Source: Felis catus (lineage: Eukaryota). From it: a stretch of 64,000 nucleotides of DNA. The position numbers and the translations under genes are program-made. The notes under the pieces are model-generated. The model made no database searches, was not told the DNA's origin, and worked only from the letters and a program-made list of their open reading frames with translations. Shown in pieces: positions 12,440 through 24,893 of this stretch (positions are counted from its first letter, which is position 1; the number at the start of each line of letters is the position of its first letter). The DNA lies in the NCBI RefSeq assembly GCF_018350175.1, contig NC_058368.1:17610001-17674000 (forward strand), written 5' to 3'.

Positions 12440-12765
12440 TACCAGTCAGGGTTCAACTAAAGAAGCAGAGCCATTAGGTGACGTATATTAAGCAATTCAT
12501 TGCAAGGAACTGGCTTCTGCGTTTGTCAGCGGGTGGGAGGAGGCAAGTCTGAAATCTGAGGGAGGCTGTCCGCAAGGGCGGGCTGGAGATCTCATCTACT
12601 CGGACACAATTAAATCTGCTATCCACAGGCAGAATTCCTTCTTCTGGGAAAGCTTCAACTTTGCTCCTAAATCCTTTCAACTGATTGAACCAGGCCCACC
12701 CAGATTATCCAGACTAACCTCCCTTATTTTAAGGTCGCCTGATTAGCAACCTTAATCCTCCCTTG
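12440..12765 (-). mobile_element. MLT2-type LTR fragment
   Basis: agtcagggttc...gcaaggaactggct...ggcaagtctgaaatctg...aggcccacccagattatc. Confidence 0.75.
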
Positions 12766-13659
12766 CTAAATAGCATAACATATTGAAAAACTGTGCACAT
12801 CTTTGGGATTATCTTTCTGCCCACACGTCTCTTTAGTAATTTGTTGTTGTTATTGTTGTAGACAGAGAGAGAGAGAGAGAGAGAGAGACAGAATCTCCCC
12901 ACACGGGTCAGGAAATACTACTCTCTGCCCTAACACCATTTATTTATCAAATCATCCCCTAAAAGGTATCTGAATTTGTTTTCTTTTTAAGGTCCCTACT
13001 GTGAGTATCACAGACAGCTCACTACTTTCCTTGGCTGATGGCACTTGGGTATGAAAGAATCTGTGTGAATTTTCTCCACCCGTACTTACCACGTACAAGT
13101 TAGTGCTTCCAGTTCCCCAAGGAAGTATTTTAAATTGTCATTCGATTTTGGAAGAAGACAACATTTAACAAAAATGAACTGGATGTTGTCACAATCTGGA
13201 GGAATCTATGTTTGGGTGGGAAGATGTTTATTTGGACAGTATGGGTTGTACCTTTCCACTCAAGCCTCAAAATAATAATTTGCCAAAGATAATGATTAAA
13301 GATGAAATTATATAAGATGCATAAAAATGCTGTTAAAAGGTGAAAATACCATCATTAGGCCATAGAAGAAAGAGTAGAATTCTAAAGCTTCAAAACAACT
13401 AGTGATCACCTAATTTCTTTAAGACACGATGGACTTGATTTTTCTCTTCAACACTTTTTTTGATGCATATTCTGAAAGTTCAGAGGAAAGTTTTCTCCAG
13501 AGGTTTGGACTTCCTCTCATGCTTCGTATCTCGAGATATCCACCTCACTTTAAGGGCGGAACACCTTATATATAATTCATCTTCGCATTTCTAAACTCAT
13601 GCAAATGACTTTTGATTTCCAAAGAGTAGTAAAACAAAGTAAGCATTGCACATATTTTA

Positions 13660-13852
13660 TTTTATTTTATTTTATTTTATTTTATTTTATTTTTCAACGT
13701 TTATTTATTTTTGGGACAGAGAGAGACAGAGCATGAAAGGGGGAGGGGCAGAGAGAGAGGGAGACACAGAATCGGAAACAGGCTCCAGGCTCTGAGCCAT
13801 CAGCCCAGAGCCCTATGCGGGGCTCGAACTCACGGACCGCGAGATCATGACC
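13660..13852 (-). mobile_element. 5'-truncated young CanSINE with (TAAAA)n tail
   Basis: 18-bp TSD AGCATTGCACATATTTTA at 13642-13659 and 13853-13870; head missing. Confidence 0.93.
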
Positions 13853-14279
13853 AGCATTGCACATATTTTAAACGTCCTGCCTTTTAATGTTCCTGCAAAG
13901 TTTTATCTCTTATCTTTCGGTTTAGGACAGAATTGGCTATCTTTAGCCACTTAAATGTGGCTTCTCTAAATCCCATTTCATAACTTTCTCCTTTATGCCG
14001 TCATGTTTTGCAAGGTATTTATTGTGGCTTCTATTATTTTTCTGGCCCTTCAACACTGAGTTGTGTTTGGAAGTGGCCTTCGGATGGCCTTATACACTTT
14101 TGCTGAACAATCTAGAGTCGCGCCTGTCCCCTTCATGAGCAGAGGCACCCTTTTCAAGGGAGTAAGCTGCTTCTCTCTCGTTTATTTAACTAACTTCGTG
14201 TGTCCCGAACTGTAACACATGTAAGACAAATGAGGAAAACCAGCACCCTGCTTTCTCTTAACTTGTCTTACTTGGTCAT

Positions 14280-14704
14280 GCCATTCCCTATTAAAAACCC
14301 CCTGTGACTCCCATTTCCTGTGAATTAAATCGCACTTAGCACTGCGGAGACTCCCATAGTCTGGCCTCTGCCGTCCACTCCACTGTCTTCTTTTATGTCT
14401 GTTCCTCACCTCAGCGCCGCCTTGTGCTACAGCCCCACGGTCCCACAGCCAAGCCTCTCTGTCCCGCTTCTCGTTCTTGGCACATCAGACCTCGGTGCCT
14501 ATACGTGGCCACTTTGAATGATTGCCTCTTGTCTTTCAAATGCCAGCTTAAATGTCTCCTCATTCAGGAAGCCTTCCCTGATCACCCTCAAAGTGGGCCA
14601 GCTACACCTCCAAAGTGATTCTGCTGCACTGTACTCACCCTTTATCCCGCCCTTAGCACAGTGTATGGCTCTTTCTTGTTTATTTCTCTGCCTTCTCCAG
14701 AAAG
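14280..14704 (+). mobile_element. L2 fragment (continues about 15275-15340)
   Basis: cagcttaaatgtctcctcattcaggaagccttccctgatcacc; 3' end ...gaataaacgagtgagtgag. Confidence 0.75.
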
Positions 14705-14711
14705 ACCGTCT

Positions 14712-14719
14712 TTCTTTTC

Positions 14720-14750
<31 letters not shown>

Positions 14751-14776
14751 CTTTTCTTTTCTTTTCTTTTCTTTTC

Positions 14777-14813
<37 letters not shown>

Positions 14814-15261
14814 TTCCTTTATTTGTCTCTCTCTCTCTTTCTTTTATCTTTATTTATTTATTTTTTATTTTTTTTTCAACATTTATTTATTTTTGGGACA
14901 GAGAGAGACAGAGCATGAACAGGGGAGGGGCAGAGAGAGAGGGAGACACAGAATTGGAAACAAGCTTCCAGGCTCTGAGCCAACAGCCCAGAGCCTGACG
15001 CGGGGCTCGAACTCATGGACCGCGAGATCGTGACCTGGCTGAAGTCGGACGCTTAACCGACTGCGCCACCCAGGCGCCCCTTTTATCTTTATTTTTAAGA
15101 GAGAGAGAGTCGGGGAGGGGCAGAGAGCGAGGGAGACAGGATCCGAAGCAGGCTCTGCACCGACAGCACAGAGCCCAATGCGAGGCTCAAACTCACAAAC
15201 CGCAAGATCATGACCTGAGCTGAAGTCAGACGCTTAACTGACTGAGCCACCCAGGCGCCCC
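14712..15261 (-). mobile_element. CanSINE with expanded (GAAAA)n/(GAAA)n tail hosting a second SINE
   Basis: Body 15095-15261; degenerate TSD ACCGTCT(T/A)TCTTT. Confidence 0.9.
14856..15080 (-). mobile_element. Young SINEC_Fc nested in the tail of the previous SINE
   Basis: TSD TTTTATCTTTATTT at 14842-14855 and 15081-15094. Confidence 0.93.
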
Positions 15262-16374
15262 AACCGTCTATCTTTCTATCCTCAATGCCCAGCACAATGA
15301 AGGCTCTGAATACATACCGTGGAATAAACGAGTGAGTGAGGACCTGAAAGAAAGAGCCATGTGGCCTCTCATCCACCCAGGCCTGGCCAATCACCCAAGT
15401 CTGGGCACATGTCCACTAATTTGTCTCACTCCTCCCCACCTCTCTTCTCCCTCTGGGGAACGTGTGGGTATCCTGTAGTCATTGCAGAGGCTCAGTGTCT
15501 AAGGACAGTGCTTCTGAAGGCCTTCATTTTATGTGCAGGTGACCTTGCCTTGGAACTTTTGATATTCTGTGACTTATAAGAGATGCTGAGCACATGACAC
15601 GAAGACTTAGGCGCCACAACACGTGGAAGCCGATCGAAGTCTGGGCAGCAGGTAGGGACGACGTGTACCTGTCACCATCTGTAGTCCTGTGAGAAATCGA
15701 TTTACATAATGTTTTTAATAAGCTTATATCGAGAGAGGACAAAATCAGAATTTGGGTCTTTAGTTGAAGAAACATTCAATAGCATCTTAGATATATCTTC
15801 TTTTAAGCAAGTTTCTGGCAAGAATTGCCATTATTTGGCATGGAATTGCAGCGCTGAGTAGCATGGCCTTGAAAGTAGTCTTTTTTTTCTCTTCAGAAAC
15901 ATTGCCGGTCCTCGGCAGTTTTCCTCATCAATCATGCTCAGCCTGCCTGGCAGTGTGTCTAGTGAGACTCCTGGGAAAGTCATGCTTCCTTCCCTTTCTT
16001 TTCATTCTTCCCTCGTGGGGTAGCAGAGAGGGAAACGTAGGAGGAGGAAATAGATTTGTTTTAGTGATTAATGTGGGGAAAAAATCAATCTCGCCCTCGC
16101 CTAATCTGGCAGTTGACTTTTTCATCAGTAGCGCTGATCGCTGTTGTAAACACATGCAATGGTTTACAGCTTTTGTTCTTGACTTTGGCATGCAGGTGAC
16201 AGGAGGGTCCAAACAGCAGTGCCAGCCAGGGAACTGGCTCCTTGAAGAAGATTACAGAAGCCTGGTTGGTTGCCATTCGACCATTTTTAGCGAGGAAATG
16301 TCATCTTCCCGTTTTAATCCGTCATTATTCACGTACCTGCTCACGGAGGGGCCTGCATCACCTTTGTGTTATAA

Positions 16375-16560
16375 AACAGAGTATTTATTGAGTACCTCTA
16401 CGTGTCAGCCTCTGCTGGGTGCCAGTGCGGCGACTTCTTGGTTACCACGCGCACGCTGTAGTGCTGCAAAGATATGTTAATCACATCAGCACCCAAATAA
16501 ATGTAAAGTGACAGCCGTCATCAATGCTGCAGAAGAGAAATACACAGCCCTATCAGCTAG
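16375..16560 (-). mobile_element. L2 fragment
   Basis: tatttattgagtacctctacgtgtcagcc is the L2 3' end in antisense; more L2-like sequence about 17080-17330. Confidence 0.6.
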
Positions 16561-16619
16561 CAATTTCTGATAGTGAGTACCGAAAGGTACCTGAGCATCC
16601 ATGAACAGTAACAATTTCT

Positions 16620-17066
16620 TTAGTCCCGTAGCTCAGCGAGGATCAGAGGATCTAAGGTGGGCTTCACGGGGGTGGCTCCATTCACATGCTTTTCATCCTT
16701 CCTCTTGGACCCGGCAGCCAGCTTGGGAGGGTTCTTCTCATGGCAAGGGCAGAGGCATGAGAAGGCAAAACTAAATGTGCGTGAGCTTCTCAAAATTCCT
16801 TCCTGTTATCTGGGGCACCTGGCTGGTTCAGTCGGTAGAGCATCTGTCTCTTGATTCCAGGGTCAGGAGTTCAAGCCCCACGTTGGGTGTGGAGCCTACT
16901 TAAAAAAAAAACAAAAAAAACAAAAACGATGCTTCCCTGTTACCTATTTTCATGCCATTAGCCAGAGGAGACCAATACGAAGCCCAACATCAATGGATGA
17001 GAAGCAATATTCCTCTCTTAGAAACGGCGAGGGGTCTACTTCTGAATGATAATCCACCTTACCATG
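16620..17066 (-). mobile_element. Old MLT1 (MaLR) LTR fragment
   Basis: ttcttctcatggcaagggcagaggc...aagcccaacatcaatggatg...tgaatgataatcc. Confidence 0.55.
16812..16928 (+). mobile_element. Short CanSINE (tRNA head plus A-tail, no CT region)
   Basis: ggggcacctggctggttcagtcggtagagc...gagttcaagccccacgttggg...ttaaaaaa. Confidence 0.85.
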
Positions 17067-17423
17067 CTGGTTCATGGAGAGAGAGAGCACTTTGTGGTTG
17101 CTGCGAGTAGGAATGAACTAAGTGAGGCAGACGAGGAACAATTTGATTGGATGTTCTGTGTGAGAAGGATCATGGTAGATTTGAGCCACTGAAAGGTCAG
17201 TGAGGTTGGAGCTCAGCGGATGACCATCAACAAGGAGCAAACTGCATCCAGAGAAATAAAGAGGGGCCAGACCGCCACGTGATGAACAGGCTATGGTAAG
17301 GACTTTGAACCTTTATCTTAAAGATTCATAGTCAGTCTTGCAAAGGTATTCATACATCATGCTATTCTCTTTCCCTCCTTCCTTTCCTTCTTTATGAATT
17401 TGGAACCAAAACAAAAGCATATA

Positions 17424-17593
17424 ATTTTTTTCCCTGAGAGAGAGAGAGAGAGAGAGAGAGAGTGTGAGTGGAGGGGGAGGGGCACATAGAGAGTGGGGGA
17501 AAGAGAATCCCAAGCAGGCTCCACACTGTCAGCATGCAGCCCAATGTGGGGCTCAAAATCACGAATAGTGAGATCATGACCTGAGCCGAAACC
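17424..17593 (-). mobile_element. CanSINE, head missing
   Basis: (GA)n plus body ending at ctgagccgaaacc. Confidence 0.88.
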
Positions 17594-17843
17594 AATCCCC
17601 GAAGGCATAGAATTACTAAATAAAAATGCAAACCTACATCATATGGATATGGTTTTCAATGGATACTCTTCAAAAGTAACAGCAAGTCAGGGATTCCTTT
17701 AGTTTTTGTTTTTGTTTTTGTTTTCCATTTTGGATGGTTTGTTCTATTTTATGTTCCTTCATAAACTTAAAATCATACACATGATTTTATTTAAACCGAA
17801 AATTGATGTTACAAAAATGATTCTTTTTAAATGGTCTGGCAAA

Positions 17844-18060
17844 GGGACACCTGGGTAGCTCAGTCGGTTAAGCGTCCAACTTCAGCTCAGGTCATGATCT
17901 CATAGCTCATGAGTTTGAGCCCTGCTTTGGGCTCTGTGCTGACAGCTCAGAGCCTGGAGCCTGTTGTGGATTCTGTGTCTCCCTCTCGCTCTGCCCCTCC
18001 CCTGCTCTTACTCTGTCTCTCTGTCTCTCAAAAATGAATAAACATTAAAAAAATTTTTTT
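17844..18060 (+). mobile_element. CanSINE (first of tandem pair)
   Basis: Flanked by AAATG(G/A)TCTGGCAAA. Confidence 0.95.
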
Positions 18061-18075
18061 AAATGATCTGGCAAA

Positions 18076-18290
18076 GAGGCACCTGGGTGGCTCAGTCGGT
18101 TGGGCGTCCAACTTCAGTTCAGGTCATGATCTCACAGTTCGTGGGTTCAAGCCCTGCGTTGGGCTCTGTGCTGACAGCTCAGAGCCTGGAGCCTGTTTTG
18201 GATTCTGTGTCTCCCTCTCTCTCTACCCCTCCCCTGTTCATGCTCTGTCTCTGTCTCAAGAATAAATAAACATTAAAAAAATAAGTAAAT
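18076..18290 (+). mobile_element. CanSINE (second of tandem pair)
   Basis: Flanked by AAATG(A/G)TCTGGCAAA. Confidence 0.95.
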
Positions 18291-18561
18291 AAATGGTCTG
18301 GCAAAAAAATAAATAAAATAAAATGGTCTGGTAAGTGCATCTAAAATTGCATTGTACCTTATATTAGTATGGAATATTTGTGTATTTTGCTCAACAAAAA
18401 AGGTTTTACATGAGAGCATACCTAGTAAATATGGATACTGTTCTTTTGCCTTGGCCATTTGTCAGCTACCCATATTTGCCAGTCAGAGGCCTGGCGTAAT
18501 AAGCCTCCTTCTTCTTCATTTTCTCCTCAGGGAATATTCTAATTTCCACTCGAAGGTATAT

Positions 18562-18787
18562 ATATATATTTTTAATTTTTTTTCAACGTTTATTTATTTT
18601 TGGGACAGAGAGAGACAGAGCATGAACGGGGGAGGGGCAGAGAGAGAGGGAGACACAGAATCCGAAGCAGGCTTCAGGCTCTGAGCCATCAGCACAGAGC
18701 CCGATGCGGGGCTCGAACTCACAGACTGTGAGATCATGACCTGAGCCGAAATCGGACGCTCAACCGACTGAGCCACCCAGGCGCCCC
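18562..18787 (-). mobile_element. CanSINE
   Basis: TSD TC(G/A)AAGGTATAT. Confidence 0.95.
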
Positions 18788-18852
18788 TCAAAGGTATATT
18801 TTTAACATTTCTTGGCAAAGAGTGTCCTCATAGTGTGAAATATATGTAGGTC

Positions 18853-18972
18853 CAGTGCGATCATATAGTTTGTAATCCAATCCAGGATCATTTTGAGAGT
18901 GAAATCAAGTCCCATTTAGCATAATGTCTCAACCAAGACTGTCCTGGGCAAACTGGACATCTGCTCACCGTA
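18853..18972. mobile_element. hAT MITE, MER94-like
   Basis: catatagtttgtaatccaatccaggatcattttgagagtgaaa...gactgtcctgggcaaactggacat..tcaccgta matches recalled MER94 consensus. Confidence 0.6.
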
Positions 18973-19214
18973 AGTTTACCCAGACAGAATTGAGCCTGTT
19001 AAGATAAAATGTGATCCTTCTTCCCTGTATGGTCAGGGAGATGATTTCCTGGACAGGATCTTGTGCATGATACCTGGAGGTGTTTTTGAACGTGGGGATT
19101 ACAAAAGCTGACAAGCGATTGGTTGCTAAGGACTGGAAGAATAAAGTGTGTCTTCTGTGGAGAATGGGGTGTGCAGAGAACGGTACAGGCTTTTGTGTCC
19201 GATAAACCTGTGTT

Positions 19215-19348
19215 TGCACCTCACTGAGCACCGGGGACATGTGGTATTACCATCCTGTGCCTCAGTTTCCTCTTTAGCATTGCATAGACTTGCGAGAATC
19301 TGATGAAATGATACCTGGTGCATAGTAAACACTCAACAAAGGTTACCA
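19215..19348 (+). mobile_element. MIR fragment
   Basis: tgtgcctcagtttcctc...cctggtgcatagtaaacactcaa. Confidence 0.65.
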
Positions 19349-21880
19349 TATGTGGTAAAGTAAAAAGATATTTAATGGATTACGGAATCTACATCCAGTT
19401 CCTCATTATTAAGAAACTGGTGATAACCTTCAAACAAAGTGACCAGGAGACAATTTCTAGTATGGTCCCTGGTGCCCTAATTTCCTTGTCCCCTGCGCTG
19501 TCTGTTTGGGGACACCTGCTGCTTGCTCCAGAGGCCTTATCATCCATTTCAGAAAGTTCCTGTTCTTTGTATTGCAGATGCTACAAGTAGACACTATTCA
19601 CTGAGTCTTCATGAGCCGCCATCTTGGGAGGACATCCCCCTCCCCCCCCTCCTGTACGCTCTGTGGGATGCTGGCTTCCCTTGCCACCTGTAGATGGACA
19701 CAGCCATTCTCTGCTGAGATCAGAATGTAACACAAGATGGAAATGCACAATTATCAAGCCGATTTTGGAGGTAAGAGATTTTAAGCTTAGAGCAACAGCT
19801 GAGATTGAGTCTCTTACACGGCTCGTCGACACTTCCTAATAACACAGTAAATATGCTCCTGTGACATCAGTTCAGGGGTCGTGTTGCTTAATCATTTACT
19901 GCTTCTGTCTTTGGAGCTAGATTTCTTCAACACCTTGTGTAGTTATATAGTCAGCGTCAAGGTGCTATCCCATACCCAGATGCCTACCAGGATTTCAGCC
20001 AGATTTCTGTTGCTCTTTGGATGGCAGTATTCCAAATGTATTCAAGAGAGCACTTGCACAATGTACCCACTTTCAAGGTCAGGTGGGGCTGGGAAATGCT
20101 GTACACCGTGGCTCCTTCTTAGAGATTCAGGACTCATTAGCATATTAAAGACTGATGTGTCCTACAGTAAAGACATTGGTTTAACTTTGAGTCAGCATAA
20201 CTCAAACTTATTTGACCATGGCACCTTTTGGCCATTGACAATTATTAATAATCATGGCACTAGTAAGAAACACCCATAGAAAGTGCTGCTCTGTTAAATA
20301 TAATTCTATTCCTATTCATCTCAGATATTCCTTTAAGAACATCTGCTTTTGCAGAGGTGATCTGTTTTAGTGTTCTTGGAAGGCATATATGATCAGTAAA
20401 TTCAGCTCTTGAGTGGTTTACGTGATTGCCTGTTAAATTTGAAGCCCGTGCAAATTATCCTCGGGTCTGTGTAGTCTGAGACCTATTGGAAAGGAAACCA
20501 AACTGTGGGTGCACAATTAAGTACTTTAATAAAATATGAAAACAGAATGGATAGCATAATTCATTACTATGCAACTGGTAAGCATGGAATAAATCTGAGG
20601 TTAAAAATGATAAACCCACTACACAGATTTGTGATTTAAGAGGCTGGAACTCTGAGGGGTTTGGGCTCGCCAAGCAGATGGGGTTAAGGTGGACTTTGGT
20701 CAGTCAGATCCTCACCTTTCCATGTTCAAAAACTTAACTTCCTGCATTTCTCTAGGTGTAAGTCAATTCTAATGGGGCTGATCCAAATACATAAGCCTTA
20801 GAGTCATAAATGTAAATATAAATGTATTTATTCATAATGGGTGCAGTAGTTCATTAAAATCCCTGTGCCCACTCACATTCTGGCTCCCCAGACTTTAGTG
20901 CAGGCAACCGGGTCTGGCTTCCCAGAGAGTGAACCTCTTTTCAGTAAACGTTTGATGCCTGGGAAGTTCTGGGGTAGCCCCTGTGCAGTCCTTACTTGGG
21001 AATCTTAGCCACGTGGACAACCCATCAATGGATCCAATCACTGCCTCTCCCACGAGACTCATCTGTTCCCACGTAAATAGAGCACCTCTCAACCTTCTGA
21101 CTTGTTGACAAAGACCCAGCTACCCATGTCTGATTTCACAGCACAAAGGCAGCTTAGGTTCTCACACAAGGACCCTGCATAAGATATTACAGAGACTTAG
21201 ATCCTTGAATACTCAGCTAGTTATGACCATTAATTGTGGCACTGGTAAAATCTGGAAAAGCACCTGGAGGCTCCAGGACAGTAGCTATGATATGCTGTTT
21301 CTTCCCCAGCCGCAGTTAATTGTACAGATATTCAAATGGGTGATTGTCAACTTTCTATATACATGCATAATAGCATGTGTGACATAGCTTTGAAACTAGG
21401 TTTTGTGTTCATGTAGTGTGCTGCAGGATAAAAGATGAATTAAGCCACTTATACCTGTCTTCGCTAATGGCTTTCATCTTCTGAGTCTTTTCATCTTCTT
21501 ATTCTTCGCTTCCTTCCACTCTGTGCATTTTGAATTGGAAATTATGTGTTTCCAGAGAAGTTCCTAACATAACTGTGTGACTGGCTATGTGATAGTAAAA
21601 AAGCAAGTGTAAGGATATTTTCTAATGCAAGACATTACCAAACGCATGCAAATACAACACACGAAGACAGAGGGGCAAGTCCCTCAGTGAAAATTGGGAA
21701 CTCACACATGTGGCTCTATGGGTGAAAGCGAAACATTGCTATTCCTACTTTTCCAGAAAACATATTAGGCATCCCTTGCAGGTGTCTATGTTTTGAGTAG
21801 CGAAGAACAGGGCAGCAGAGTGCTGAAATGAGCCTCCGGGTCGGCCCCATACCAAGCCAGCCTCTCCATTTCCCATTTTC

Positions 21881-22109
21881 ATTTTTTTTTTTTTTAATTT
21901 TTTTTTCAACATTTATTTATTTTTGGGACAGAGAGAGACAGAGCATGAACGGGGGAGGGGCGGAGAGAGAGGGAGACACAGAATCGGAAACAGGCTCCAG
22001 GCTCCGAGCCATCAGCCCAGAGCCCGACGCGGGGCTCAAACTCACGGACCGCGAGATCGTGACCTGGCTGAAGTCGGACGCTTAACCGACTGCGCCACCC
22101 AGGCGCCCC
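21881..22109 (-). mobile_element. Young SINEC_Fc without an evident TSD
   Basis: CpG-rich near-consensus body; flanks share only TCATTTT. Confidence 0.95.
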
Positions 22110-23201
22110 GAACAGTCTCATTTTGAAATGGCGCAGACCTTCTTGAGTATCCCCTTCACCAGTAGCAAGCACTCCCATTGGTGTCAGCTACTAGGGCTGA
22201 TCAGCCACTTGCGGTCAATGATCAAAGTGTGATTGGCTCTGTAAACTTGCTAAGAGTTCAGGCATAATTCGGAAAGGTAACGAGAATCAGCAGCCGATAT
22301 CACGCACAGGGCACTGATCAGGAAATCAGAAAGCCCAACTTTTCTTAATTTCTAGTTAGTCACGATTACCGAGAACCTATTCCCTGATAGATGGCTGTGA
22401 GCATACACAGAAAAGAAAACACAGATCCTACCTATGCAGCTTTTTTTTTTTTTTTTTTAAATAAAGTGCATTGGTTGGTTGGAAAGAGTTTAGGAACCTT
22501 TCGGCCACTTCTAACGACTAAGTATGCTGTTCTCAACCTATCCAATTGCTGTAATTGCAAGAGAGGTATTTTATAAAGTGGAAATGTACATTTCTGATAT
22601 TCTTCCCCTGGGGGAGAAGGGTTGCTGTTGACTTTTTGTAACCAAAGTAAAATTTGTTGGAACTTTTTTTCTGTTACATTGCATACACTCTACACACATT
22701 TACTCTTTAGTCATGTTCTGCAGAGGTATGAAGGATGGGATATTGCAACTCATTTGACAGACGAGTCAGTAAGGCCCAGGTATAGTAGGTGATGAATAAA
22801 ACAGTCATTTGGTAAAAAAAAAAAAAACAAAAAAAAAAACAAAACAAAAAAAAACAAAAAAAAACACCTCACAGGTCGCTTGACAACACCAATTGCTAGC
22901 AAGGTTGTGGAGCAGTGGGGACTTGCATTCACTGTTGGTGGAATGGAATAGTATAGCCACTTTGGAAGGCTGTGTGGCAATTTATTATAAAGTCGTACCA
23001 TATAATCCAGCAATTGTGTTCCTAGGTATTTATCCCACTGACTTATGTCCACACAGAAATCCCCAAATGTTCACAGCAGCTCCATTTATAATTGCCAAAA
23101 GCTGGAAGCAACAAGAAAGTCTTTGAATGGGCAAATGGATAAATATATTGTGGTACATTCAAATCACATGATAGTATTTGGTGATAAAAATATAAGCTGT
23201 C

Positions 23202-23380
23202 GGGGCGCCTGGATTGGTTGAGCTCCCGACTCTTGATTTTGGCTCAGGTTATCATCCCAGGGTCATGTGCTGAGCACGGAGGCTGCTTAAGATTCTCTCT
23301 CTCCCTCCCTCTGCTCCTCTTCCCCACTCATGCTTTCTCTCTCTTTCTCTCTCTCTCTAACATATACATTCATATAAAAT
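23202..23380 (+). mobile_element. CanSINE (old, internally deleted)
   Basis: ggggcgcctgg...ttggctcaggttatcatcccagggtc...(CT)n. Confidence 0.8.
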
Positions 23381-23851
23381 CAAACCAAAAAGCACATGGA
23401 TGAATCTTAAATGCATATTGCCAAGTGAAAGGGAGCCCCTCTGAAAAGGCCACTTACTATGTGATTCCAAAGATATGACATTGTGGTAAAGGCAAGATTA
23501 GAGAGTGTATAAAAATCAGTGAGTGTCAGGGATACAGAAAGAAGGAAATGGAGTTGAATGGGTGAAGTATAGAAGATTTTTGGAGTGGCAGAATGATACT
23601 GTACGATGCTGTAGTGATGGATATATGACATTATGCATTTGCCAAAACCTACAGAACTTCACAGCAAAAGAACAAATGAATTAATGTATAAAACTTTTTA
23701 AAAAAATCATTTAGGAGGGCAGGGATCCCAGGATGAAATACAGAAAGGGCCAAAATTATCGAACTACGTTGCAAATATTTGAAACAACTTCACTTAAGGA
23801 GGTGGGCTAAAAGGCTCTGACTTAAGTAACTTTGAAAAGGAGTGGAATTTC

Positions 23852-24087
23852 GGGGCGCCTGGGTGGCTCAGTCGGTTGAGCGTCCGGCTTCGGCTCAGGT
23901 CATGATCTCGCGGTCTGTGAGTTTGAGCCCCGCGTCGGGCTCTGTGCTGACAGCTCAGAGCCTGGAGCCTGTTTCATATTCTGGGTCTCCCTCTCTCTCT
24001 CTCTCTGCCCTCTCCCGCTCATGCTGTCTCTCCTGTCTCTCAAAAATAAATAAACACTAAAAAAAAAAAAATTAAAAAAAAAAAAAA
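23852..24087 (+). mobile_element. CanSINE
   Basis: TSD GAAAAGG(A/T)GTGGAAT(T/C)TC. Confidence 0.95.
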
Positions 24088-24602
24088 GAAAAGGTGTGGA
24101 ATCTCTAAGAATAAAGGAAAAAGAATTATACGTAAGCACTGCTCTCTAGTTGGTATGGTTGTTACTCACAGGGTTATGGTTTAACAATTGCAATATACTA
24201 TACATGAAATAAACAACTAGGTAAATGGATGGCAGATGGTGGGAGTTGATTTTCTGTTGACGTAGGAGGGTAGAGCTGTGCAAGGGGAAAGGCCTAGAAT
24301 GATTTGTATAGTAGTGGATTAGAGGTGGAGATATTAGCACGAACTTGTGTGTAGCTTAACACAGATACAGGTTGTTACATGTAGAATGCTCACGGATATG
24401 TGCGCATACACACAGGTTAGCATCCACAGGGCCCAGAAGCAATGACACTCCAGTAGCGATGAGCACACCAAGCACAGAGGGCTTGGTTTCTAACCCCATT
24501 CTCCAGTAAAAGAAAACAGGACTCTTTGGAGAAATGACTGATTCCAGGACTTGGAAGGAAATATATAAGATGAGCCTGGAGTATTTTAATAATGACAGAA
24601 CA

Positions 24603-24824
24603 TGGGCGCCTGGATGGCTTGGTCGGTTATGCGTCTGACTGCAGCCCAGGTCATGATCTCGCGGCCCGTGAGTTCAAGCCCCACGTCGGGTTCTGTGCTG
24701 ACAGCTCAGAGCCTGGAGCCTGTTTCGGATTCTGTGTCTCCCTCTCTCTCTGCCCCTCCCCTGTTCATGCTGTCTCTCTCTGTCTCAAAAATAAATAAAT
24801 GTTAAAAAAAAAATTAAAAAAAAG
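24603..24824 (+). mobile_element. CanSINE
   Basis: TSD AATAATGACAGAACA. Confidence 0.95.
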
Positions 24825-24845
24825 AATAATGACAGAACAGATTAA

Positions 24846-24893
24846 AACAACAACAACAACAACAACAGCAGCAACAACAACAGCAACAACAAC
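24846..24893 (+). repeat. (CAA)n/(CAG) trinucleotide microsatellite
   Basis: Read directly from sequence. Confidence 0.95.

Noticed and set aside
15863..16480. 205-aa ORF
   Set aside because: Non-protein-like composition, runs into an L2 fragment, no exon structure
16812..16890. tRNA-like sequence
   Set aside because: Short CanSINE with A-tail; cloverleaf is degenerate
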